A DNA stretch of 60,526 nt, filler included, from Sphacelaria rigidula (Eukaryota): assembly GCA_964200075.2 (NCBI GenBank). It is 5 parts of 5 records of this genome, joined end to end, with 100 filler letters (N's around TTAATTAATTAA, not from the genome) between each part and the next. Parts side by side here need not be neighbours in the genome. Positions count along the whole stretch, not along the records: positions 12,129 to 24,154 come from CAXNAA020004216.1; positions 24,255 to 36,279 come from CAXNAA020004217.1; 3 more parts are not named here. The stretch is one strand, 5' to 3'. The notes under the pieces are model-generated. The model had not been told where the DNA came from and did no database searches. It was given only the letters and a program-made list of their open reading frames with translations. Made by a program: the position numbers and the translations under genes. How positions within the stretch are numbered: position 1 is the stretch's first letter; every line of letters begins with the position of its first letter. This document shows positions 13,074-24,925 of this stretch, piece by piece.

Positions 13074-13455
13074 GGTCGTACCGGTGGCTCAGTTATTAAC
13101 CTTGAAACCTTCTGACGGTTGGGTCGTGGGTTCGAATCTCGATGCAGTCACACGATCTGAGACTTTTTCTCACATCATGCCCAACGGTGGAGAGCGGGCA
13201 TGTCGTGGGTACACAAAAAAATCGACTTCACGATCGACGAGGTAAAAGGATCGCTGAAAACCTCTCGCGATAAAGAAATAAGGCAAGCACCGCAGAAGCA
13301 AGGTGGACAACTAAAACAAGAAGGATAATAATATACTCCTGTGTTGGCTTCCCTCCTGTGTGACCCCGGCTGATGCGCTCACACATATCGAAAGGTGTAG
13401 ACTGGTGTCCAGAATAGGTGGGATGACAGCACACACGACACACACACGCACACAC
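13074..13455 (+). mobile_element. tRNA-derived SINE, copy 1
   Basis: A-box-like TGGCTCAGTT, B-box GGTTCGAATC, body shared with 45181-45430, (CA)n-rich 3' tail. Confidence 0.75.
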
Positions 13456-15839
13456 TCAGAACTTCGGCGGTCTACACCCTGTGTACCCTGAATACTGGGT
13501 ACTACTAACCCCCCGAAGATCCAGGATACCACCCCCAAAGACACCTTCAGTCTTTCCAGCGAAATGTCGATAATTTGATCATCCGCGACGGACCGTTTCC
13601 CTGGGAGGACTTCGGGGCTGGAACTGCACGCCCGGGAGAACGGCAAAAATGATCCTTCACATTTCAGGTTATAACCATACCGTGGGGCAAGTGTATACTG
13701 CAGAAGTTGCCGGCTGGCACTGATGAAGAAAAAAACATCACAGCACGCGAAAGCAGTCCAACGGAAATAATCAGAGGGTATCCATGGTATAGATTATTGT
13801 TAATACGGCAGTATACGTGTATAACGACCGCCCATGGACAGATGCCTTGGTTACCACCCATCCAACCCCACCCTCACCACCCCTTCCCCAATTTTTTGGG
13901 AAATAAACTCTTTTCTGTAGACTGCGCGGACCTGTAGTATCCTTCAATACATCCCCCACAGTATGCAGTAGACACTGGCAGGCAAATATCTTGCGCAGAA
14001 CCACACTCATACAGTACCCAGTCGTGAAAAATAAAAGACCGTGGAAAAATATTGCGGTTCATCAGCAGTACTTCGACCGCACCATTTGGGGTATGAACGC
14101 TCTCAACCATGGCACCTAGAAAATGTCAAATTGTAAAACCCTGACATGTGACTACACCCAACTTGTGGATAAATCTGTTTGAAATTTCTTATCCGGGAAC
14201 ATTAACTCTGCATCCGCATCATCAGGTATCCAACAACGATGCCAAAGGTGCCCTACACTTGTCTCCTAACACGAAGGAAAGCCGCCCACGGCAACTTACA
14301 TCGTACCCAGTCCTCCCCGATACGTTGCTGGCGGTCGTTCTCAACTCTCGAGTTTCGGCCACCATCTTTCTTTCCTCCGTTGAAGAAGCCAGAGAGCTTC
14401 TTCTTCTTGGGGGGGTGCCGGGTCCGGGTTACGGCCGTACCGCCTCCCTTACGCTTCGAAACCGCCTGCATGCACGTATGATTTTAACGGTGGTATTCGG
14501 GGGAGGGGGGGAGGGTGTACTTATTTAGTCGGGGGACGGGAGGTGAGAGGGGGGGTCGGCACGTTGTATACACCGGAGAAAGCCTGGATGCGTACTGTAC
14601 AATTTCTCGAGCGGGTGACGGAGAACGCGAAGCGTCCTGAATTACTTTTGTCACCTAACTACTTCTGTCTAGCACGGCAATGGCGAAAATCGGTCGAAAT
14701 TGGCAGGGCCGGGATTCCAAGTGGTCAAAATTGGGCCAATTCTGACCCGAAATTATGCAAACAATATGTTACACTTCTCTACTTTTTCTTTTCCACAAGA
14801 ATCTCCATAATTTCATGTCTTCACCGATCCTGACTATAGCAACGTAGACGCCGCCGCTCGGGAGATACAACGTGCAATCCATAGCCAACCCAAACGTATG
14901 GGACAGAGGAAATACATCCAAACAAACTAGTCCCTCCTTTTGTTTTATGACAGCTCTTTCAGATGATGCTCTCATACCTCAGGAAGGTCGCCCTCCGGCG
15001 GCTTGTCTACCTCTGCTGCCGCCTCACCGCCGTTGGAGTCCTTTGTGGCCAGTCGCCGGCGCTTCTTCCTCCTCTCCACGAACTTCCTCTCCACGAACTT
15101 CGCAGGATGACGATCAAAATATGTTTTTTCATCGACACGCGTATCACGAGTGATGTTCAGAGCAGGGAGGAATAGAGGCAAGTCAGGAGGGGGGGGGAGA
15201 ACACAGCCAAGTTCACACACGAAAGCCAGCGGGTTGGGAAGAAGGAGAGCCAGCAGGTCATGTAACGGACATAACTTGTATAAATAATGCGCCGCTATGT
15301 TGATGAGAGATGGTGGGGCAAGTTTGATTGACTCATCTATCATGTTCTTCGAAATTGTAACGTCTGTCATGGTGCGGTCTGGGCAGGAAAGATGGAGATA
15401 CATGTAATCGACGTATTTAAGTGTCTAGTGAAAAATATCACAGTGGACTCCGGAAAAGACTCGAGATAATTTGTTCTACAGACAGTGATGGGGTACCTAT
15501 TGTCCGAGCTTTTTTTGCGTTTTCAGAACATACCTTCGCTACCCCCACTCCCGCAAAGCGTTCTGCTTCGCAAAAGAGAAGCCGCTTGAGCGAGACTGCC
15601 CTGTAGTCAAACACAGGGGGATCCATCGGTCCGCGGGGACGACGACCATCCAACCACAGCGATGCCTACCAGCCCTTCGCCGTCTCCCCACCATCGTCGT
15701 CCTCGGAGACGTCCACCATGCCGATGTCTCCGTTGAACTGACTCGATGCGACAGATCCATATGCACAACGGTAAGCAGTAATCGGACACAAAAAGCTACA
15801 GTACTGTAGTGCCACTGACTGCGTGCAATATTAATATTA

Positions 15840-16287
15840 ACACGGGATCTTACAATTTGGGGATGCATCTTTTATTGGGGATGAGAAACCCGGAGAATCA
15901 AAATCTTCGTATCCACACCAAATCTTCGAAATATGTTTCGGTTTCTTCACCTACTGGTATAATTTGACAACTACTACATGTATACATATATGGATTTCGA
16001 TAACCGAAATGTTGGGGTCCTAGGTGAAAAAACAATTTTCGGGGAATTTTGGGTGTCCGAACGGACGCCACAATGGTTCCGAAATTATGTTTTCATCCAG
16101 GACCGCCATTCCGGTGATCGATATCCAAATTTCTATGGCGTGTGTCAGAATCTGAGATGTCAATAGCTATCAGTACGTGAAAAAGTGGAACCATATTTCG
16201 AAGATTTGGTGTGGATACGAGGATTTTAGTTTTCTGGTTTTCTCATCCCCGATGAAAAATCCATCCCCAATTTGTAAGATCCCGTGT
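15840..16287. mobile_element. MITE with ~120-bp TIRs flanked by TA (Tc1/mariner-like)
   Basis: TA|ACACGGGATCTTACAA...CGTATCCACACCAAATCTTCGAAATATG... mirrored by ...CATATTTCGAAGATTTGGTGTGGATACG...TTGTAAGATCCCGTGT|TA. Confidence 0.8.
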
Positions 16288-19200
16288 TATTACTGTACGG
16301 AGTGATCCGTATACCAAGCGAGACCGGATTGACAATAAATGTTCAAGGGTCAAGCTAGCAGTGTCTGCTTCTATCAAACGTTGGGCGCAAGGTGTTGAGT
16401 TCATATACCCTCGTGCCACCCCCAAGCGTGAGGCCCGGTGGTCGGCACGGGCTTCGTGGAAATCAAGCTTGGAGATTGCATAAACAAAACGGGGGAGGTT
16501 CTTGCTGTATGTATGTGACCGTGGCGTTGTGTTCGACCGACGACACTTACTTGTTACTACTGCTGTTTCAACCTGATATCACAAAAAATTATTCCCAACA
16601 CGTTTTGCCGTTTCCCCTAGTGACTTTCTAATGGTTGTTGTTCTTTGTCTGTTGTGCTGAATAGACGACAAAAGAACCCAATTGGGGATGGATTTTTTGC
16701 GCTTCGTGTATACAGCCCTTAAGTCGTATCGTCCATTACAGTCCTTGTGAACACACAATCGCAGCCAATTGCATTAAAAAAAAACCTTTTCCTTCACTTT
16801 CCTGTAGCGGGTGTTTTTTTATTGTGATCATGGCTGGATCCCTGGGGGATTGGTTCAAGTACGACAATCAATCACGACAGAAACGAGCGGCAAATAATAC
16901 CGAATATATCGCGGGAGGTCGACTCTCACCCTGGACATCGTGCTGGATGCCGCCCCCTCTTCTTCGTTGTGTTGGTCCTCCTCGGGCACCCACGTGTGAT
17001 TGCGGAGTGCAATTTTCTCTGCAGCAATCGAGTCCGTGGGCACGTCATCATGGAATGGAACGGGCGACATGGTTGGCATGCGTTCGTGATTGACGAAAAC
17101 ATTGGCCTACTGTCAGACGGTCGCACCAAGATTGCCGTTTCCTCTACTCTGCAAGTAGTGCCTATCGTGGAGTGCAGTACTTGTCAACATTCTCCGAGAC
17201 CCAGATAAATGGTTCTATACCATCACAGACAGGGCTTGATAATCTACGCTCAAAATACGCCTCATAGAAATATACTCTATGGAGTCAGCGCGCGCCATGT
17301 TATCTCGTCACGCCTCAATCGAACATGGAAAGGTAGATACAGATGGTGAGACACCCTTCGTATCCTGGTGGTGCAATCTCCCGTCATCACCACACGGTAA
17401 TTCTCAACACTATAGTAGTTGATACAACATCGATCATTTTTCATGCGAGAGAGTATCCTTTGCAACCCCATCCAGAAACACAGTGCAGCGCAACAGACAG
17501 TTGGAAACGACGAACCGTGCGATATGGCTTTTCAAAGTCACCAGGATCAGAACACCGGAAGATTTTACAAATTCCTTCCCCAACAAGCCTCAGTGCCTGT
17601 TTTGGTCACGTAGGAAGCGTTTCTGATGAAGCGTGGGCCGAGAATCAACGCTCTGTGGGCTGCTGTTGCAGGTTGTATGCCAATAAATCCTCCTGCATAT
17701 TTTTCACAAGTCTCGAAGATCTTGGGTTTTCGCCCTCTGCTCTATCTGTATCGAGGACGTCAAAGTTGGATCTTGAGTTGTGGCGCTGAAGTTTCATAGC
17801 TTCAGGTGTACCAGGGATCGCATCTGCCAGCTTGCGCTACATAATGCTGATGGGCGCAAGGCGTGCTCTGCGCGGGTATCGCCGGTAAGCCCTTCGTCTG
17901 CAATCCACAGTTGAAAAACAGGCGACGCGACGTGTACCCGCGTTTAGCACGCACTACTGACTGCTGTTGTTATAGTTGTTGTGAAAGGATACTTGAGTCA
18001 AACGGCAAGATCAGATAAAAGATTGTCCGGTAAAAATCCTGTCTCGCGGTCACAAATCAAACTATATTATGCTCACAATCGCTAAAGAAAGATCCTGCCC
18101 CCTCGTCCGTACAGGGCGAGATGGAGAAGGATACAGTATTTACTCCTACTGCAGGAGATTCTCTGGAGCGGGGCACGTGGGGGGAGTGCATGTTTTCGCT
18201 GTTTTCGCTGTTTTCGCTTTGCGATCCTGGAGTTGAGGCTAAAAAAGGCGCTGTTATTTTGATAATCTCGTCGTCGTCTTTGTTGTTTTCAGATTCTCGT
18301 GCTGCCGAGGTGCAGCTTTGTTTGCTGGCCCTTGGGTGCAATGCAGTTGTTGCCGGATGCGTTACGAGCAGGCGAGAGACGAAAACATGGAAAATGTGGT
18401 ATTCTGCGCACGCACGTATAGCTCAAGCTCTTCTTGCGTGTGTGAGTGACGTTTCGATTTGGAGGGGGCGGGCGGGGGGGGGAATAGTTTGCTGTCTTTA
18501 CTATCTTTGATTCCGCTTGGGCGACTTTTCCTGTGGTCCGTCATCGCCAGTACCATTACTACTATTATACGTAGTGGAACATCGTACACGATGCTCCATC
18601 ACCTGAGTGATCACCAAGGTGCAATCCATCTCGCTGATCGATCGCCGCTTGCCCGGCGCGCACCATGCTCCCACCGCGCGACTGCCACGAGCCCATGGAC
18701 ATTTACTGCAGTGTTGTCCTTTTTTCGTTCGCGTCGAAATCTGGTGGTGCGGCGTTGAACACGGATTCCATGTGTTCAAAGTATCGAAGTCTATAATGGC
18801 AAGAGGAGGCAGAAAGATTCGTGCCGAGTAGCGTGTTTGTAGCTTCGTGACCCCGTGAGAGGATGGGGTACAGACTCGACTCAGATAGTCGATCAATGGA
18901 CACGACTGCGATAGTCGATCAATGGACACGGCTGACCGCCGATCAAGATGAGGTAGAAATGTATATAAAGCTTTGTTGATGAAGAGGGAAGGAAGGGGGA
19001 GTGACTGCAGTAGGCACCAAAGTCTCAGGATGCGACGAGCACCACTCACGTACGTCCAGTCACTAACATCACAATATAAAGTCATCCTGCATAGTACCCG
19101 GAACTCAAACAGGTATATCACTATACTGTTGTACCTTACCCTGACTAGGTGTATTTTACTGGACACCGCAGGCCATCCTACGAACATAGCGTGAGTTTTT

Positions 19201-20744
19201 CGCGTCCATGGTGCTGGGCCCGTGGAAATGAAGCTAAGGCCAGCCCTGACTTGGGGCTAGCACACTATACTTTAATCAAACTGTGATGGACAAGAGCTGC
19301 TAGCCCTGCATTACTCCAGGACGGTGACTTCAGGACGACCAGCCCTGTAAAAGTGTAGGAGCATGGGCTGCTCGGCTATCTTGGGAGCGCCCATTAGTCC
19401 TGCATCACTTGTAACACAATCCGAGAAGGCACAGGTGGCCAGAGGGATACGTTATTGTGCTAGACAGTTATGTATGTGTCAAAAAGGAATATGTGCGTTA
19501 TGTAAAAGTTGGCGACGTCGTGCGCCAACAAGTCAGAGTTTATTCAAGCAAGATCGTCGAAGTTTTTTCGGGTGAAGCCGACGACTTTTGGACTGTTGTA
19601 CCCACCCTGCGGCCAAAGAAATAGTACACCCTCAACATTTTCCATACTAAATTCCAATATATTGATCTCGTCAACTCTTATCATAGATAGTGGTCCAATG
19701 TCGATACTAAAATTTATGTGCTAATATGATATTAGGAACAATGTCTGAGCTTTCTTTCACGATGGTGTTGTCCGAATATGTATTGTCCATTATTTTCTAT
19801 GCGCTAGAAGTTGGTTATTTCTCACATACGTGTTTTACTCTGAAGTACGGTGCAGTGACCGAAAAGTGAACCTGACTTCTGTACTTGTACACGCCGTGAG
19901 TGATGCTACGGTAGAGGTGCACAAATATCTTCTGAGATAAGGATTGCTAGGAGCCCTTGGTCTCATGCACAAACACAACTTATGAAACATGTAACAAAAC
20001 GTACACCAGGGTTACTACTCCATTGTGCTGGGGATATCCCAAATAAATTTGCAAACGTGGATGCCCTGAACCATATTCTTGTGCATCTAGAATCGTTAGG
20101 AGCCCCTGAACTAGACAATATTTCGCGAAAAAAGTGTACCCCTACCGTAGCATTGCTCCCGTCCACGTTTTTGAAAAATGTATTCAAAAGTGTACACTCA
20201 TCAAAGTCAGACCAAAGTTTTTTCAGTGTTTCTTGTGTGGAGCACCACGCTGCACAAGGCTAGCGGCGAAACGTTGATCAGGTAGGTGAAAGGGATCCCA
20301 TCGAGTCATGTTTTTGGGCACTAAGCTTTGCATCCACGAGTTTTCGGCTCACTCTGCTGTTCACAGCTACTCTGCTGAGGCGTACTAGATAAACACACTG
20401 CCTGATACGTTTATGGATGATACACTATCTGGAATATCTTGACATTTCCTTATGGAAAAAATCCCACGCATTGGGTGGTTTCACTCTGTTGGCAAGGTAT
20501 ACACGGAAGCATGCACTTACACATACGGAGGGAGCCATGGCGCTGGCCCAGGGCTGTGCGATCAATGCTTTTGAAACTACCTCGTGTGTGTCAGGAATAA
20601 GGCTAGCAACTAAAATACCCCATGTGAATCAAAGTGAAACATCAGACACACATGGGATGGATATCATCGTGACCTTGAACACGTTTGACAACAAACAAAT
20701 AAGCCCGGCGGACAACGTGACTTTTGCACTGTAGTGGCGCAGTG

Positions 20745-22688
20745 TCAGCTACGCTTCGTCTTTGGTCGACGTGCACACTTACACAACATAGCCAAAGCCG
20801 CACAAAATGCGGCTGCGGCAAACAACGCATCAGTAAAACCCTTCGAAATTCCAAAAACTCGCCACCGCACTTCTCCACCAACACCGCCAAAACCACCACC
20901 CCCGTCTGCTTGTCCACAGGAACAAGACGAGACATGCACCCCACTACCATAACCTCGAGACAGAGCGCGTCCTAACCCTCCCACGTGGGCTTCAAACTTG
21001 AGAGCATGGTCGATCGCGCTCTTTTCGTGGTGCATCACAAGCTCTTGTAGGCAATTTTCCAGCTCACGTTTGACGCCGGTCCAATGCCTCACGGCCACTG
21101 CGTTGTCCCCGGCGCTCAGCGCGTTTGCCAGCACGGGCTCTACGGCGGCCGCCTGCTCCAGCACGACCCTTGCCGCTCTGATTGCGGCATCCACCTTTGC
21201 AAGTACGCGTGTTCGAACGTATGCATCGCGTTCGGGGAACGTTAGCGAGGCGTGCGACGACAGAGGAGTGTGTAAGCTAGCTCCCGTTGCCCACAAGTAA
21301 TCCGTGCCGAGCGAATCGGTGAGAGTGTTCCACGACAGAGTCCGCGGGGGTGCGCCGTATATCGCCTGCGCGAGGGAGGCTACTGTCTCTCGGAGAAGAC
21401 TCCGGCTTCCCCCGTCAGCATGGCCAGGAAAGGACACGTTATGCCCCGCGCACTGGAACCCGGAGTCAACGGGAGAGGTACCAGTTCCAGTCGCTGAGAC
21501 AGAGATTACCATGTCCGGAAATACAGTCGACCGCATCGAGTGTTCCAACAGGATCGGCGTGTCAGTATCGACATTGATGACGAAAAGTGGAATGGTTCGT
21601 GTGCTGCTGCGGCCGTCACTTCGGTGATCGCGGTTCCCCGCAAACTCCGTCCCTTCCCGCCTGTCCTCTTCATTTTGGATGGCCTTGGTGTCAATGAATT
21701 GTCGTAACCAATGTCGAAGCTCGTGCGAGGCTAGCGTCGGGCGTCTCGGTCCCGTCCGCACCGCTTGTTGGAGTCCAACAGCCAGCAGCGGCCACTGCAT
21801 GAGGTTAACCTCCGCCACCGATAGGGTGACGGTTGGGAAAAACATAGATGCATCGCTCCTTGCACCAACATTTTGTAATAGCTCTTCCAATTCCCCCCAC
21901 ATATGGATCTCCTCCTGGGCGCACGGCGCTGGATCGCATACCATGAACAGTTTCACCGCAACCGCCTCTCTGGCTTCACTGCCGTGCTCTTCTGTATCAT
22001 AAGTTGCCCAACTGTTTGTGCTCGAGCGAGGTGACCACGGTTGAAAATTCTCGCGAAGGCCTGCCGGAGCGAAGACCACAGGCGGGGCCATGAGCTGAGT
22101 TGCCGTTCTAAGCGCTAACGCGGAGAGCTGTGAGTAGAGCCAGCCATAGCTTTCTGCCTTCCACGAGGACGTCGCAGCGGTGCTCATGTCCGGAAACGTA
22201 AAAGGAGACACTATACCCGATGAACGACTGCGCGGACCCCACCCGGATGACACATGCGCCCCGAGATCCAACCACACGTATCGGTCATGTTCTCCAACCC
22301 ACCCCACATAGCTGCACCCGTCTGGAAGGGTGGGCTTCGCCGCGGAACCTTTGTCGCCCGGAGGGACTGCGGCGCTGGCGGAGGTGTCATGTATGTACCG
22401 GTACCGACTTCGCACACCGGGGTGCACCAGATACAACGTATAAAGAGTGGTGGTCTTTTTCCGTTCGTCGTAATGGGAATGGATCGCCTTGTCTACCTCT
22501 GTTCGAGGTATACCAACTACCTGATCTTTAGCACCTGTCGAGGTCGCGGCCTGGATTTCCGACTCTACTGCTTCCGTGATGCGACGCACCAGAGGTCGGT
22601 CCACGTGCGGGTTCGCGTGCTCGACATGGAAGAGAAGTTTCTGACGGACTCCCAACCTGGAAAGCTCGTTCTCGTACCTCTGATCTAC
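20745..22688 (-). CDS. Uncharacterised membrane-anchored protein, Arabidopsis At3g28720/At4g16180-like; last exon (~647 aa)
   Basis: Long open frame. Motifs WVGEHDRYVWLDLGA..WGP, IPLFVINVD.TPILLE...VFPDMVISV, FQCAG and DYLWATG...PLSSHASLTF.ERDA recall this plant/protist family. C-terminal TM ALFAAAAFCAALAML followed by a basic tail. Acceptor CAG at 22691-22689, phase 0. Confidence 0.8.
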   Translation of the reverse strand, partial: VDQRYENELSRLGVRQKLLFHVEHANPHVDRPLVRRITEAVESEIQAATSTGAKDQVVGIPRTEVDKAIHSHYDERKKTTTLYTLYLVHPGVRSRYRYIHDTSASAAVPPGDKGSAAKPTLPDGCSYVGWVGEHDRYVWLDLGAHVSSGWGPRSRSSGIVSPFTFPDMSTAATSSWKAESYGWLYSQLSALALRTATQLMAPPVVFAPAGLRENFQPWSPRSSTNSWATYDTEEHGSEAREAVAVKLFMVCDPAPCAQEEIHMWGELEELLQNVGARSDASMFFPTVTLSVAEVNLMQWPLLAVGLQQAVRTGPRRPTLASHELRHWLRQFIDTKAIQNEEDRREGTEFAGNRDHRSDGRSSTRTIPLFVINVDTDTPILLEHSMRSTVFPDMVISVSATGTGTSPVDSGFQCAGHNVSFPGHADGGSRSLLRETVASLAQAIYGAPPRTLSWNTLTDSLGTDYLWATGASLHTPLSSHASLTFPERDAYVRTRVLAKVDAAIRAARVVLEQAAAVEPVLANALSAGDNAVAVRHWTGVKRELENCLQELVMHHEKSAIDHALKFEAHVGGLGRALSRGYGSGVHVSSCSCGQADGGGGFGGVGGEVRWRVFGISKGFTDALFAAAAFCAALAMLCKCARRPKTKRS

Positions 22689-22970
22689 CTGAGTAGTGGC
22701 AAGCGTATGTAGTGCGATGGAAGGAAGGCAAACTCGTTCAACACGAAGACAAAACAGCAACCTGATTACTTTTAGTGTGTGCTTCATCGGGCGAGTACGT
22801 GGGAACAGGGTGATTCCAGCGCCTACAGGGGACTGAAAGTTGGCAACCCCAAAAAGTTGGCAAACCCACATGGAACCACTAACGATGAAAACTCACAGCA
22901 ACGGCGCCAAGGAGCCTCGACAATCCAGCCAGAAAATCAAGAGGCTAATATTACTCCAACAGATACGCAC

Positions 22971-23624
22971 AAGTGTGATGGGCATCCCCCCCTTTTCGTC
23001 GGGCGACATTCCTTCTACAAGGGCGTCAAAGTGCAGCTCGAGAATCGCTTCATCGACGTAGACGCTATTACTGCCACCACCGCCGTCTCCTCCACCCGTC
23101 GCGCGTTTAACATCGGTCCCGTGAAAACCGACGAGCACCACGTCCACATCCACAGTCATGATGGCCTTGGGGCTGTCAACCAGCCAATCTGACATATCAC
23201 GAGCCGAAAGGGGTTGGTATTCTTTTTGTCGCGGTCCATTTTCGGCGTGGACCTGGTCAGCGGATGCTGTCCACGATGACAGCGATCGGGCGCTTGCCCC
23301 GGTGGCGGCCGTGGCGACGGCGGTGACGATTACATGGGGTAGAGCCGCGCCGTTACTGCAGGATGTACTTCCTGCGCGCACCTCCTGCTGGGACGCCAAG
23401 ACAATCGAGCATAGGACGAATGGTGCTAATAAGTGGTGCTGCCGGCCTCGACGGCTACCGCTGCGAGGAGAATATGTGTTCCTCTGCAGCTCGGGAGGCT
23501 GCCGTCGTAGGGCAACCCGCCTGCTGAACAGTACGATAATGTTGGGACGGTAAAGGGAAGACCGGCGTTTGTCGATTATAGCTTGTTTGATTGATGTGCT
23601 GAGGGCGTGACATGCATTCCCCAT
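22971..23624 (-). CDS. Upstream exon of the same gene (start codon uncertain)
   Basis: Hydrophobic signal-like LLAPFVLCSIVLAS and a VDVDVVLVGF motif. A GTGCGT donor at 22970 gives a 282-bp GT-AG intron and the in-frame join GGMPITL|VDQRYENEL. ATG at 23624 is the first in-frame ATG, but further upstream exons are possible. Confidence 0.6.
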
Positions 23625-23723
23625 TCCCGTGTTGTTGACCACAGTTTGAGGCACAGGACTACTGTAGGAGCGGTACTGTTGTAGCAGGAAATCAGACGGT
23701 ATAAGGTTGATCCAACTTACCCC

Positions 23724-23791
23724 CGAAAGGGATGCGTGGTCAACGGTCAAACGACTAGGGCAAGCAGCAAATAAGTACGCCCCTCCCCCCC
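23724..23791 (+). mobile_element. 3' end of C-tailed retroposon family
   Basis: CGAAAGGGATGCGTGGTCAACGGTCAAACGACTAGGGCAAGCAGCAAATAAGTAC followed by a C-rich tail. Confidence 0.75.
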
Positions 23792-24154
23792 AAACAAAAT
23801 CGTATTATTGTTTTCTTGCGTTTTCTGAAGGGAGCATCTTCGTTTTGTTTGCCTAGGGTAGGTCTATATTGCGGCAACGGCTTGATCCTTCGGGGATCAG
23901 TTAATGTGAGGCAATCAATCCATCAAATCACATCTTGTAGGTATAACCAGAGATATCGGGCTCACGTGTTGGCCACAAACAAGGAACGGACGAGTAAGGC
24001 ACAGTATGTACCTTGACCAGCCTGCATGTTTTCACCCTTCTTGGTAAGAGATACAGGGGTGTACATACGATTATGCATGCCAGGGATGCCAGGGATACAG
24101 GCGGGGGGGGGGGGGGGGGGGGGACCCCTTTTTTTTTTTCCTTAGTGGTTTTTC

Positions 24155-24254
24155 NNNNNNNNNNNNNNNNNNNNNNNNNNNNNNNNNNNNNNNNNNNNTT
24201 AATTAATTAANNNNNNNNNNNNNNNNNNNNNNNNNNNNNNNNNNNNNNNNNNNN
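24155..24254. other. Artificial contig linker
   Basis: N44-TTAATTAATTAA-N44. Confidence 0.98.
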
Positions 24255-24925
24255 GCGCGCAGCAGGCGGGGCCCTTGTTCGGCAAGTGGGCTCCGCAGCT
24301 GAAGTTGCTGCGGGACGCAGAGCCGGCGGTTAACTGCGTGCCCGCCCCTCGACCCGTGATGGGGATCGGGGGTACATCCCCGGGGGTTGCGCTGGGATCG
24401 GGAGCCTTGGTCGCTGCGGGACCGCCGATGGTCCCGCCCGCGGCTCCCCTGGTTCCCGCGCAGGGATCGGGGGTCAGCGGGGTAATGGCGGCCGCCGCTC
24501 CATCGGATGGGACGGAGACGGTTCGTTCCAATGCGGCAGTTTCGGCTGCGGCCCGCAGGGTGGTGGCGGGGGCAGTCGGTTCTGCCTCTGGCCCGACCGT
24601 TGGCGGGGCGGTCCTTGGCGCGGGGGGGACGTTTTCTCGGGCGGCGGTCGAGTGGTCGCGCGGTGCCCCGGTGCCGCCCGCGGAGTGGGCGCGGGGCGGG
24701 GTCCCTCGCGGTTCCTCGGGTCTTCGGTGCGTGGGGGGGGGACGGGAAGCTGCCCCGCCTCTCGGACGAGTAATTCAAGTACTGCGCCGGCCGCTGTCCC
24801 CCGGGGGTGTCTTTGCCGGGGTTTTGCCGGCAGAGCCGGGCGTTGAAGGGATCATGTCCCCCTGACCGGGCGTTGCAGTCCTGGGAAGAGGAGCAGCGGG
24901 AGCTGTACGGAGCGGAGGGGGCATT

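Noticed and set aside
13074-13150. Functional tRNA genes at the tRNA-like heads (also lone B-boxes near 11182 and 38599)
   Set aside because: Acceptor and D stems do not close into a cloverleaf and the heads continue into shared SINE bodies. The lone B-boxes lack a supporting A-box or structure.
13665-14143. CAGG...CCCTG-bounded possible hAT MITE
   Set aside because: TIR match is short and imperfect and there is no convincing TSD.
16800-20300. Scattered short ORFs and possible exons (also 34418-34870 and 39349-39530)
   Set aside because: Some have plausible splice sites, but none has a recognisable domain or gives a consistent gene model without transcript data.
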